Part shown: positions 1 through 12,000 of the stretch, one piece after another
How the letters are laid out: each line of letters opens with the position of its first letter
Numbering within the stretch: the stretch's first letter is position 1
Assembly (NCBI GenBank): GCA_001642005.1
Contig: LWCA01000227.1
Coordinates: forward strand, 1-38,483
DNA: 38,483 nt
Direction of reading: 5' to 3'
Source: Intoshia linei
Lineage: Eukaryota; Animalia; Orthonectida
Made by a program: the position numbers and the translations under genes
Notes under the pieces: generated by a model
Told to the model about the DNA's origin: nothing
Seen by the model: the letters and a program-made list of their open reading frames with translations, nothing else
Databases searched by the model: none

Positions 1-66
1 ATTAGAATATATGTATAAATAATAGTTATAGATAATAAAATTTAATTTAAAGTTCATTAATTGTAG

Positions 67-356
67 TGATATTAAGTTTATATGGTACTGTGTTGAGTAC
101 GAGTAACGTTTTGACCTCAGAGTCGCCATTGATACAAACTTACACCCAATTTAGTATACTTGCCAACACATCAAAGTGGCCAGCATTTTCGGATTGGAGA
201 CAATGTTTTAGATATTTATACAAGACTGTAACGCATACTATGGTAATAATAATTTTGATTTAGGGAAATTTAACGGCTGGTTTTGTGATGAATGCAAGAT
301 TTAACGCCAATGATGGGTCACTTGGTCTACCATCTATTATAGTAGATACAATATAA
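67..356 (+). CDS. 3' end (last two exons) of an unidentified gene, possibly a divergent MAM-domain protein
   Basis: Acceptor TTGTAG ends at 66; open exon 67-227; 36-nt GT..AG intron 228-263; in-frame exon 264-356 (GNLTAGFVMNARFNANDGSLGLPSIIVDTI*). The LYG...DWRQ...GSLGLPSIIV pattern loosely resembles the second half of a MAM domain. Confidence 0.55.
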
Positions 357-410
357 AATGAATATTGAATTTTAATTGATTTACAAATTAAATATTTAAT
401 ATTGTCAGTT

Positions 411-939
411 TTAATCAACAATAATTAGTTCATCCAATGACCAATCCTCATAAGACCTGTCTGGGAGGTATCTTCGTATAATTAGCGGTATTTTCTTTTC
501 ACTGTTTATAGATAAATTTCAATTGTCACAAAAAATTACTTTAATTCTTTCTGAGCAATAACTAACGCATCTGTTTCTCCTTCAAGTTCTACCATTACTG
601 GAGCGCACATTCTAAAATTATGAGTTACAAAAATAAAAATTTTTATTTTATTAAAATAATACGCAATTTGCTGAGCTCTTGTACCAAGGATTCTTGCTTT
701 TTCATATTTTGTTAAATACGGCGTAGTGATTCTATCTGAGGCTTTAATTTGAACTTGTTTACTTGAATTATTTTGTAAATTTGTTTTTGGAATAATATTG
801 AAACTTTCTGGGCTTTGCTAGTTTATTTAACATGAAAAATATCTATAAAAATCTTAATTACCATAATAATGTCATTAGTTTCTTCTACGTTTGTGTCTTT
901 ATCAGTATCAATGTCTTTTAGTGGTAATTCGTTATCCAT
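411..939 (-). CDS. POLR2F: RNA polymerase I/II/III shared subunit RPABC2 (Rpb6), 4 exons
   Basis: Spliced translation MDNELP...[77 protein letters not shown] matches the Rpb6 core; three short GT-AG introns. Confidence 0.97.
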
Positions 940-1459
940 TTTGAACAAAATTAATTTAAATTTATTAGCAATAAGTATGTCTGGAACCAAAAACAACAAA
1001 ACTTTATTATATCTTAGAATTAGAATTATACTGAATAGAATAGATTCGCTGATTGATCAATTCAGCTATTGTATTTAGACAAAAGTGGCAGATATCAGAT
1101 AAATTATTTGCTTTGAAATCTGTTTTCTATTTAATTTTCCTTTAAAAATTTTCTCGACTTTTTGAATTTATCAATGAATAATATGTACTTCACCTATGTA
1201 CTAAAAAAATGTATAAACGTTTTCTGGCCAAAATGAAAAATATTTATATCATTCCACAGTAAATTAAATGGGGATCATTACATATACATGTCTCTTTTAT
1301 ATTATAATTAAAGTTAATAATGTACTTTAAAGCAGCATAACCAATCATATGTAATTAATTTATTTTTTTATATTAAATGAATTTAAAACATTTGACATTA
1401 ATTTGGAATCATTTAATCTTTTATTTTTATTATTTTCTATAGATTTTGTATTTATTTTT

Positions 1460-3380
1460 TACCGTAGATTTAACACGTTCAGAGATTTGACCAAAAAAAT
1501 TGAGCTCGCTTTTACATGCATTGCAACATGCAATTTATTGATCCTTTGTAAACTATAATGAGGCAAGTTTCAACATTAAAATTCACATATGGTGATTGAA
1601 ATGAAGAAACTACATTTATGCTGTTTAGTGTACTGCTAATCATAAACTTTTTATTTGAATCGACTGTATTTCAATTATTAATTAATGTAATAAAAATGTT
1701 ATATACAACAATATATGTAAATATAATGATATTCATATCATTGTAATCATCTTTAAATTTAATTTAAATCTACAAAATCAGGATTCTTGCCGACCTTACA
1801 AAGTTACAAAGGGTTTTGCATCTCGTGGACCACTTTTTTATATCAATAAATTCTACGGGAACTGTTTTTGAAAATTTACACATGATATATTTCAATTTTA
1901 ACTAAACAGAAACGATTCTAGTATATTCAACAAAATAAAATCCAGGGAGATCTGACAATTCAGTATTAAGTTAACATAATTAACCCTTTGAAAAATACAG
2001 TAGATTCTCAAAAAGTTAAAATGATTATAAATGAGTCAATTATAGTAAAAAATGTTTAAAACAGTCTTTAAAAGTTGAAAAATAAATAATGTACATATTT
2101 ACTCAAAGGGAAACTATAATTATTATGTGGAACACTGATTGCCCACCTTGTACAAAATGGTATCATTTTATTAAAACCCTATTTTTTAGTGTTGGCCAAT
2201 GTAATATATGAATAGTAAATAGATAATAAATTTATATTACCACAATATTGCCTAATCCAATATATTGGACCCTCTCCAACATTAATATAGTTACATGAAT
2301 CTTTTTTAAAATCACATTTTAATGCATCAGCATAGGGCACTAGAAAAATGTCTGAGACTAACAATACTACATACCATATAATACAGTATATAGTACAAAT
2401 ATTTATACTGTAGTGTAGTACTATTTAATACAAGTGCACTATATTAATATAGAATTTTGATTTGATTAAAGTTTTTTTATAAATTTCTTTTATCCAACCG
2501 TCATTTTAAAAAATTTTATATAGGGTCTACTTTTGGATTTTCGAGCACCTGCTTTTAAACTGAAAATCTTTAAAAATAATGTTAATAAGTAATGTAACTC
2601 ATGTACATTGTACAATGTACATCAGAGGTCGACAACTACTTAGTGGCCCAGAATAATTTTGGTGACCTTCAAGTAAATATGTAAATTAATTTTATTTGAA
2701 ATTTATCATGTGTAAATTTTCAAAAACGGGGTCGGTAGAATTTTTTGATGTAAAAAAGTGGCCCACTAGATTCAAAAGGTTGTGGACCTACTGAAATCAT
2801 AAAAATACTAAGTAAAATTAAATGGACACCCTTTGAAAATAATTCTATTTTTTTTTTGTATAATTTATTTATAAAATTATTTCTACCAAATTCTTTAAAC
2901 TGCTCCAAAACAATACTTTTTATATTCATTCTGATGTTATCGTAATATCGTTATATTTAATTCAAATTTAAAGTTTATCATAAATTTTGTTTTAATTTCA
3001 ATTAATTGGTTCCAATCCCTGTAATGAATATGTAGTTGTGTCTAAGGAATGTATTTTTCATTCAATGATACGATGTAATTATTCAATCCGTAAAGTTTAT
3101 CGCCAAAACTAAAATTGAAAATAAAAATTTTCATAATATTGACGTTCCACAACAGGAATATAAAATAGAATTCTAGTACCAAAATGAACAACTGTAATAT
3201 AATAAGTTTAGAATAATTTACTTATGTTAATAATGCAGACAATTTTTCTGTAATTGAGACAACAAAGATATGAAAAATGGATAAGATACAAAAGAAAATG
3301 TAAACTATCGTGTTATTGTATAATTATACCGCGCTGCGATAAATAAAAATGAACCACAATAAATATTTAAATCAATTCAT
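1460..3380 (-). pseudogene. Decayed gene for an extracellular tandem MAM-domain-like protein
   Basis: Phase-compatible exons about 3113-2886 (LYGLNNYIVSLNEKYIP*TQLHIHYRDWNQ...FKFELN), 2340-2241 (VPYADALKCDFKKDSCNY...WIR) and 1664-1462 (KFMISS...FQSPYV...TCLIIVYKG, then INKLHV in a shifted frame) carry MAM hallmarks. In-frame TAG at 3042-3044 and frameshifts. The 5' boundary is tentative. Confidence 0.5.
2623..2793. mobile_element. Degenerate hAT-type MITE; a related inverted partial copy lies at about 1813-1895
   Basis: Imperfect TIRs CAGAGGTCGACAAC / GTTGTGGACCTACTG; about 80 nt of 2700-2780 is the reverse complement of about 1813-1895. No clear TSD. Confidence 0.55.
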
Positions 3381-3507
3381 GGAAACGGTCTGTAAATTTA
3401 GCGCGCTATTTAATATTTAATCTCAAAGTGAAAAATTGAACTACATTTACCATTTATAAACTTTATCTGACAATTTAATCAATTTTAAAATTGTTGAAAC
3501 TAGAAAA

Positions 3508-6500
3508 ATGAACCTAGAATCAAATTCTGGAAAATGTTACAAATTAGTACACGAAATAAACGACATGTCCAATTTACGGGAACTAATTGGTCAAGAATTG
3601 AAACATGTCGGTATAAAAATTAGAGACAAATACAAAGACGAACCAAAAAATGTTTCAACTAAAAAAGGATTATTTGGAGAGCCTTTATTGTATTTACATT
3701 CATTATATGTTGAAGATGTGGGAGTTGTGCCAAAAATTATTGTAGAAATTGGTTCAATTTTGAAAGATAATATTAACGCAGAAGGTTTATTTAGAAAACC
3801 TGGCTGTCTCTATCGACAAAAGGAGTTAAAGGTACATTTAATGAAATTTATAAATTAATTAACAAATGTTTAGATTTTACTTGACAATGGTGAATCATTA
3901 CCAAAAAATACCAGCGTTCATGATGCTTGCTCTATATTAAAGTTGTTGTTACGAGAATTACCTGAACCTATAATACCATTCCGAATTCAAGAAGCTTTCA
4001 TGAAAATTCAAGAATTGGAACCTGACCACAAACGAATACAGGCTCTCATTTCTGCTTTACTTTTATTACCTTTAACACATATTGCAACTTTACGTTACAT
4101 TTTAAGGTTACTCTTGTTAGTTGACAGTCACAGTAAATATAATTTAATGACTAAATCAAATTTATCAAAAGTATTCGCTCCGAATATTTTCCGCATTACT
4201 ACGACCAATGTGACGTCCGTTGTCGGCGCTAATTCAACCTTAATGCATTATATCAATTTGGTTGATGCAATGATTGAACATGCTTACCAAATTGGAATTG
4301 TAAATGTTTCTCTTTTGTTACGTCTTTCTTTGTTTAATGAACATGGTCTAGAAACTTCTGCTCAGATTGAATTTGATAAATATAAAATTACGAAAAATGA
4401 CAATGGAAAAGCAGATCATGTTCAATCAAATGATTCGGAATACAATCAATCTGTTGATCAAGAGAATATTTCAAAACCCTACAATTCTTCTATTGACTAT
4501 AGAAATAACAAATTTTATGGAGGGTTTATGCGTAGAAGAAAAAAACATCGACGTAGTGCTTCATTTAAAGGTGATTTAATGATAATGACTTATTGCAAAA
4601 TTGTTGAGATATTTGTATATTTTTAAAAAAATTGATCGGTTTTAAAGGTTGGACAAGAAAATGTTAATGGTATGCGTTTGACATTTTCTTTCAGTCTTTC
4701 TGAGCCGAAAAAAATGATTTGAAAAAAAATTGACACATTTTTAGCAACTTTTACTTTTATGATTCAAATAAATTTGTGAATGTTTAATTTTTCACTTAGT
4801 GCAGTGGTTCCCAAAGTTATTATTTATACCGCCCAATATTGGACCATATATATTCAGTTGCCGCCCCTAAAATAATTGTATTCCTTTTAAAAAATTGAAA
4901 TTCATTTATACTAATAGTATAATATAGTTAAATTATTAAATTTTTTTCAGAACCCTGTATCTGATTTCAAAATTAATGTTGCATTAGTTTTATTTTTTTA
5001 TTAGGTATGATTGATAATCTGAGCAATAGTTTCAATAGATGGTTAAAGGATACAAAATCAACAAACTCAAAAATGGATATTCAAAGCACATCTTTATTTG
5101 CGGCAGCATCTGATCCATGCATAAATGATAAAGAAGGTGATAATAAGGATATTTTAGCTGCTAAAAAACATTTGAGTTCTATGGATCAATTAAATGTAGC
5201 ACCTAAAATTATCGGCATGAATATTCATTCGAATTTTAATTCTATACCACTCTCAAAAAGGTATAATTCTTACTTTGATAAAATTTACTAACACGAAAAA
5301 ATAAAATCACATTAATAGGGTCCAAAGCGGTGGTTCTCAACATACCACATAGTTGGTACACCTAATTTAATTTTTAATATAATGTTATAACTTATAACGA
5401 GCCATTGTAAGTTAATAAAGTTAATTTTTGATATCTTAATCCGCATAAAATTATATATAAGAATAATGATATAATTATTATTCATATTAATTAGCTAATT
5501 AAAATTTTATTTTAAAAGTTAATTACACGTGTTTCCCTCACACAAACTAAATAATAATAAAATCGCAGATTTATTTAAAAACATGGAAGAAGTTTAGCCT
5601 CGGATACTTATTATAGAAATAAAATTCATCAACTAATTAAATGGAAGAAAATGATAGAATAAAAAATTGATTCTTTTGAACAATATTGTAATTTTTTTAC
5701 TCACATAACATTAATAATATTAATGCATAACTACTGCATGAAATTAGGAAACTATTATAGAAAAGTGGATAAATTCATCACTAGCATGAAATTAAAGCAT
5801 AGGGATATCAGGGAGATTTTCCATTACATTGGATATCCTTCTAGACCAGCGTTTCTTAAAACGGTGGTGTTAATGTTTTAAAAAATCTAAATTTTATTTT
5901 TGATTCTTGTAAAATTAAACAATATACAGTAATACCTTACTATAACGAACCAATTCGTTCCGAGATCTTGTTCGTTAAGCGGGAGTTTAATTTATAATGA
6001 CACAATGTAAAAACGGTGTAAATTTTAGCCCATTTTTCTATTTTTTTGAGTTTTTTAATTTGTTCATTAAGCGAGGTATTACTGTATTGAAAAAAGACAA
6101 TATTCCATATTGATGAATCCAGAAACCCTTCATTATACCATGAATTAAAGAATGCTACATCGAGATCTAGTTCTGCGGAAAGCTTTAGTCTACTAAATAA
6201 ACTTCTTACAAAAAATCGAAATTTCATACAATAAACAAATTACTTATTATTAATTAGAATTTTGTATTAATTAAAAATTATCTTATCATATTTTAGTATA
6301 TGCTATTGTCAAATGTAATTTACAAATATATTTTTATAAATGACTAACTTAAGTATACAAATTTGTAGTTAACAAAAGTTAATTTTTTTTAAAGTTACAA
6401 AATATCGATTTATAAGTTACATTGTTTACTCTTATAGGTTAAAAAAAGGCCTTAGTTATAACTAACTAGTGATTGTGCCGGCAAAAAAACCGGGATAAAA

Positions 6501-8752
6501 TTCCCCGGATTTCCCGAAAAAAATTGAGACATACCTATATTTGATTTATGTGTGTTATTACTATGAAAATATGATTATATTATAATATTTAAAATTTACA
6601 TTTCAAAAATTTCACCACTAATAAAATTTAATCAAAAATATTATTTTAAGCCCCTATTGAAAAATTGTCTTACACCGATATTCTTTTCAAAAATCCGATT
6701 TTACGAAATTTTATGAAAAAAAATCACTTTATCAAACCACAAATAAAAAATCGAATTTTTCAGCCCTTAATGGAAAAATATATTTTTCCAATACTTTTTT
6801 TAAAAACCTCTTATTCCAACCACAAATTACTAACGCTTAAGGGAATTATCCTCTTTTTCCAATATTATTTTGAAAAATATTATGAGTTATTACGAACTGG
6901 AACGCTATCATCAAGATTGCTAAAATTAAAGGAAGCCCTAAAAGGTCCTTAAAATTTTTTTTTAGTTTTCCCGGGATATCACAATCACTATAACCAACTT
7001 TCTTATAATTTTTGAAATCCATATTTAGAATTAACGTTTTTAGGTCATTAATTAATGAAATAATTAAAATTTTTTAATGTTTAAAAATTACAATGTTCTG
7101 ACAGCGCCAATGTATATTTAACAGTAAGGATATTAATATTTTAATTTTGCATATGGACGTAAAAGATAAATACATTTTTTCATATAATATAGAAATGTGG
7201 TCGTCATACTTTCAAAACCCACAAAATGTAAGGTTTTAGGGTGATTCTTAAACTATCCAATTTTTTGATTTTTTTAATGTATATATCGTCAAAATAAAAA
7301 AGGGTTAGGTTACTAATTTTATAAAAATTTTCACATGGAATTAGTTATTTATAATTATAATTTATTTAGAAATGATATATTAAACAAATTACCGGAAATT
7401 AATTTACATGAATCATCACGTAATTTGTAATGTTGTGTATATAATTATATGATTTATAGTTTTAAAAACCCCAAAGTGTTTACAACATGAATTATTCAAG
7501 TAATGATAATTTATCATTGATAATTATAAATGGAAATTTTGTATTATACTACAAATTTAGAGACACAAAAGCAAAACCTAAAGAAAGAAAAAAAAGCGTT
7601 CGTGGATTTTTACGTCGACTAAGCGGTGCCAAACAGAACACGATAAAAAAGAATTATTCATTTCGAAAAAAAATTGAAACTGTAATATTTTATTTACAAT
7701 GAATTTAATAATTTTAGTCATCTTTATCTAAACGAGACACATTAAAACCCGAAAAAATAAAAGACGAAATGAATAAACCAAAAGTCGTAGAAATATCAAC
7801 AAAAACAGACGAAAAGGAATGTGAAAAACTAACTTTTGAAGAAATGTTGAATGAAAAATATGAAAACATTTTTGATAACTATTCAGAAAAATCAAATGCA
7901 AATTCACCTATAAAAACACTTTCACTCGATGTTGAACAAATTTCATTGTCTTCATCTTTAAATGAAAATGTAAATTTACGTCGAGGTCGTCCAAATAAAT
8001 CTGTAAATGGTCTACGATCTCCAAAAAAAGATCGCTATTCCATTGAACAGGGAAGATATAAGATTAAATCAATGCCGACTGTAGAATCGAAAGCATCATT
8101 AATGAGTATGGAATCATCTGAAACTGCTTTAATTCCTGAACACGATAGAGCTTTTATTCAAGAAAATAGCGACGAGTCTGATTTGCCATCTCCGTTTATA
8201 CCAGAAAAATTTGATATGGATCAGCTTTATAGCAACATTAACAACATTTCAAAAATATCTGATATGGAAAAAATTCGAAAATATGCAGATAATTTAATTG
8301 CTACACCTAAATATATCCGAGAAGCAAATTTTTACACATTGCCAGGGATAGACATTAATTTTGAAAAAAATAGCACACCTAAAGACAAACAACACCCTCA
8401 TATAGACAGATCTACTACTTTGAAATACTGTGAACCACGAAATGACGTTTTCGTAGAATTGGCTGGTAAATATAAGCATGATTATAAAAAACGAATAAAT
8501 CGAAATAATGTAAACATTGTGCATCGAAATACTACTAATGGAATTCATAGAAAAGACAAGTCCAATTATGCTGTAATTCGAAATGTTAAAGGTTTAGATA
8601 AATTTACTAGTGCTGAACAAGATTATGGAAAATCAAATCTAGATACCAACCAAACATCTAAAACTAAACATGCTCAAAATATTAGCAGTATCAGATCCAA
8701 ACGTAATTTGGTTAGTCGCAATACTCGTTTACCTAAAAATACTTATTTATAA
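3508..8752 (+). CDS. ARHGAP11A: Rho GTPase-activating protein, ARHGAP11A-like, 7 exons
   Basis: Exons starting at 3508, 3874, about 5005, 7370, 7460, 7561 and 7718 join in frame. RhoGAP motifs GLFGEPL, EGLFRKPG (arginine finger intact), LLRELPEPIIP, NLMTKSNLSKVFAPNIF. N-terminal GIKIR segment and the basic RRRKKHRRSAS segment resemble ARHGAP11A. Confidence 0.88.
5927..6084. mobile_element. Tc1/mariner/pogo (Tigger-like) MITE in a RhoGAP intron
   Basis: TIRs CAGTAATACCTTACTATAACGAAC vs reverse complement CAGTAATACCTCGCTTAATGAAC; TA on both flanks. Confidence 0.8.
6090..6234 (+). pseudogene. Fragment of a hAT transposase C-terminal dimerisation region
   Basis: + strand reads ...ELKNATSRSSSAESFSLLNKLLTKNRNFIQ*, resembling the hAT ATSxxxERSFSxLxxLLxxxR motif. 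Confidence 0.55.
6467..6990. mobile_element. hAT-type MITE (524 bp)
   Basis: TIRs TAGTGATTGTG / CACAATCACTA; flanking 8-mers TAACTAAC / TAACCAAC (7/8 TSD match); CCGGG-type subterminal motifs. Confidence 0.8.
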
Positions 8753-9002
8753 TTTTAAATTTTTTATGTCAGTGTAATGAAAGTTTAATTAAATGTGTAT
8801 AAAATTAAATCGTTATCAATTTAAGAATTTGTGATTCCCTTACGCTTTAATGGAACGAAAAGGATGTGGTCGCGTAGTTTTTCATTTATAAAAACTGAGA
8901 TATACATTTCGTTATTTTGCATACCAAAATATTTATTTATAATTTTAATATTGGTAACATGATAAACAAATCTTTATAAGCAATGAATAATTAATATTTT
9001 TT

Positions 9003-12000
9003 ATGTTTGAGACGAGGAATATTTGGAAAATTAGTAAGACTAGCAAGGAAGATAAAATTCAAACGTAAGTATTTGACATTACATTATATGATGATTCTTA
9101 TTTTAAAATTTTACACGTACGGTACAAAAAATAATAAAACTACTTTAGAATATGGAGTGTATGTTTTAGTCCAGAGGGTGAATGGATAGTGTCATCAAAT
9201 GGAAAATTGGTAGACGTACATAGTACAACGGAAGGCGTTTTAATCAAATCATTGCGTGGTCACAAAGATATTATATACTCTGTAGCTTTTTCTGCATACC
9301 CCGGTGAGCATTTCGCTTCAGGTTCAGCAGATAAAATGGTCATTATTTGGAACAGACGATTAGATCCAATTATGAAGTTTAGGTAAATGAAAAATATTTC
9401 GAGACTTTTAACATTATCATTAGCTTAAATGATTCAATTCAGTCGATCTGCTTTAATCCAGTTTTACCAATTATTACAGCCTGTTCAATTTCAAATTATG
9501 GCAACATGTACTTTTCTAAAAAGGATATCAAAAAATATAATGTAAATAATCGAATTACGTGTTGTGACTGGTCACTAGATGGTCAACTTTTCGCAATAGG
9601 ACAATATCGTGGAACCGTTATAATTTTCGGTTTGGTAAAATAAACATTAATTAAATAAAAATAAATTAACAAATTTAAGTAAATTTTATATACAATTTTA
9701 ACTTTTAACTTAGGGTAACGTTGAAAAATACAAATTAAATGTTAAAAAAGCTAATGTACCAATTTGGTGTATTAAGTGGTCAAATATAAGGTATTAAATT
9801 ACATATAAATTAGCATTTGAAAAAAATGTATTTGTATATTAGTTAAGGCCGACTTGGTTTTCCATTTTTTATATGTTACATTTTAGAGATGATGTTTTCA
9901 TATTTGTTGGACAGTGGAATCGTACATTGACGCTGTATAATTTGAATTCAGAAAAGGTTTGATTTTTATTTTACAAGTATGAATTTTGAAACAAATGTTG
10001 TAGGAAAGTTTTCCATTTTATGGAACCAATATTTTTCAAATGTTGGATTGAAATTAAATAAATAGATGAATTTCATCCTACAATTTCAAAAAAAAGTTCA
10101 TTGAACCTCTACACATTTCCAATAAAGAAATATGGGTGAAAATCTATATAATTGATTCCTTGGGATTTTTTTGGGCTTGGAACGCAATTTTTATTGTCAA
10201 ATACTTATTTTCAAAAAGTTTAAAATCACTATACATAAAGACTTTTCCATTAGATTAAATTTAACTGAATATATTATATACTCAATATTAAAGTAAAAAC
10301 CGTTATGTACTACGTACAAACAGCAGCTAACTCTGCCGATTTGGATTTTTTAATTTTAATAACGATTTTTCAATTTATTAAAAAACCATCATAAAAAACC
10401 TGAATCCCAGAAAAAATGAAATTTTAAATAACTAGTATTTAGTTTTTTCTATCATGCATTCTGATATAGGAGTGGTTCCAAACTTGTTTTACTATTGACC
10501 GATTGTCAAAAAGTGCAATTTTTAGGGATTGCGATTTATCATAATGATTTTCAAAACTATCCCAGAATTTATGTTTTATAAAATTTTGCGAGTTTGTTAC
10601 TTTTTAAAAAAAAAGGGTAATTTGGGTTTTGACTATGAAGATATAAGTTTCTGATGCTAAGATTTACGACAATATTAATGACTTTCAAACGCGTTTCAGA
10701 ATATATGTTTTTTTGAAATTTTAGAGCTGATTTTATTTTTAAAATAATAAAATTAGATTTTTGACCCTTCAGAATTTAATTTTGGATAATCAAATTTGCA
10801 ATACTGCATCACTCTTAAAAAACTGTATTAGCAAGTGGGTTTTAAATAAACGGTAACACAGACAAATTAAATTTTATATAAACAAAAGATGTAATGTATA
10901 TAAATTTTATTTCGGTTCACATTGAAAAAGGGTTGAGAATGTCTGCAATGTACTCAAATGTACAGTGTACACGCCTGATATTAACAATGTAAATACTAAA
11001 TTTCACCTGAAATTCATAAAACACCTACATTTTTTGTTCAGCTATAAAATATGTCAATATAATTGAATTTTATAATCATTGTGGCCCCGTGATTCAAAAT
11101 TTTGTGAAATGTGGCTCACGAGTTAATTAAGCTGGCCACCACTGATCTAAACTGATTATGTAAGAATTATTAATTTTAAAGCTTGACACTAATTTTTAAA
11201 AATGTATAAAATAAAGTCATATTTCTTTGCGGCGCACCTTAACTCTACTCATGGTGCATAAGTGCGCCTCGGTTAATAATCACTGCGTTAGTGGATACAT
11301 GGTATTACGCATCGTTAGAGAATATTTAGACCTCCAATTTTTGCGAATAATGGAGGCTTCACTGTATGCTCAAACAATCATATCTTATCTTAATTATTTA
11401 TAATTATATTATATCTTAAAATTGCTAACGCACCCAATTTAATAGCCTCAGCTAAATCATAATAAAATAAATATTTTATTACGTCAATGTGACGAATGTG
11501 TAGTAAATTGACGCGATTACATATAAATTGATGATATTAACTGATATGAAAAATAAATTAATAAGTTTAATTAATTAAGTTATTATATATTAATGTTTAT
11601 AGTGTTAAACAAGGACTCACTCTTACGTCGTTAATGTTAGGACAGATTTTGTCAGTTTTTTCTATTAATTTTTTCTAAAATGAATAAATATACTGCAAAT
11701 AAAAATGTAAAACTAAATTAAATTAACATTACTTTATCACATTTAAAACTAATCGGCTTATTGTAACTAATGTATTGAACATTATCAATGTTGAATGCAT
11801 AGTAAAATGATATCAACTCCAAAATCGCTAAAAATTCAAAATAAAATTATACCCATACACTTGGTAATTAAATTTCACTGATATAGTATAAATTATTAGG
11901 TTGACTGTTATGTACTACGTACAAACAGAACCTAGCTCTGCTGAGGACACATTTTTATTATACCAAAAAAATGAATTCATGTTGAAAATCTAACTTAAAA

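Noticed and set aside
3005-3050. DTTTYSLQGLEP in an alternative - frame looked like a fibronectin type III strand
   Set aside because: The other frame gives a longer, more coherent MAM-like reading, and no other FN3 motifs were seen.
6665-6952. This and most other short ORF-track entries (e.g. 869, 8294, 13373, 15060, 20823, 27641, 30125, 31681, 33326, 34719, 37219)
   Set aside because: AT-rich chance frames inside MITEs or introns, or antisense to real exons; no recognisable domains.
8953-8967. Full RFX X-box upstream of IFT122
   Set aside because: Only a half-site matches, so it is not called as a feature.
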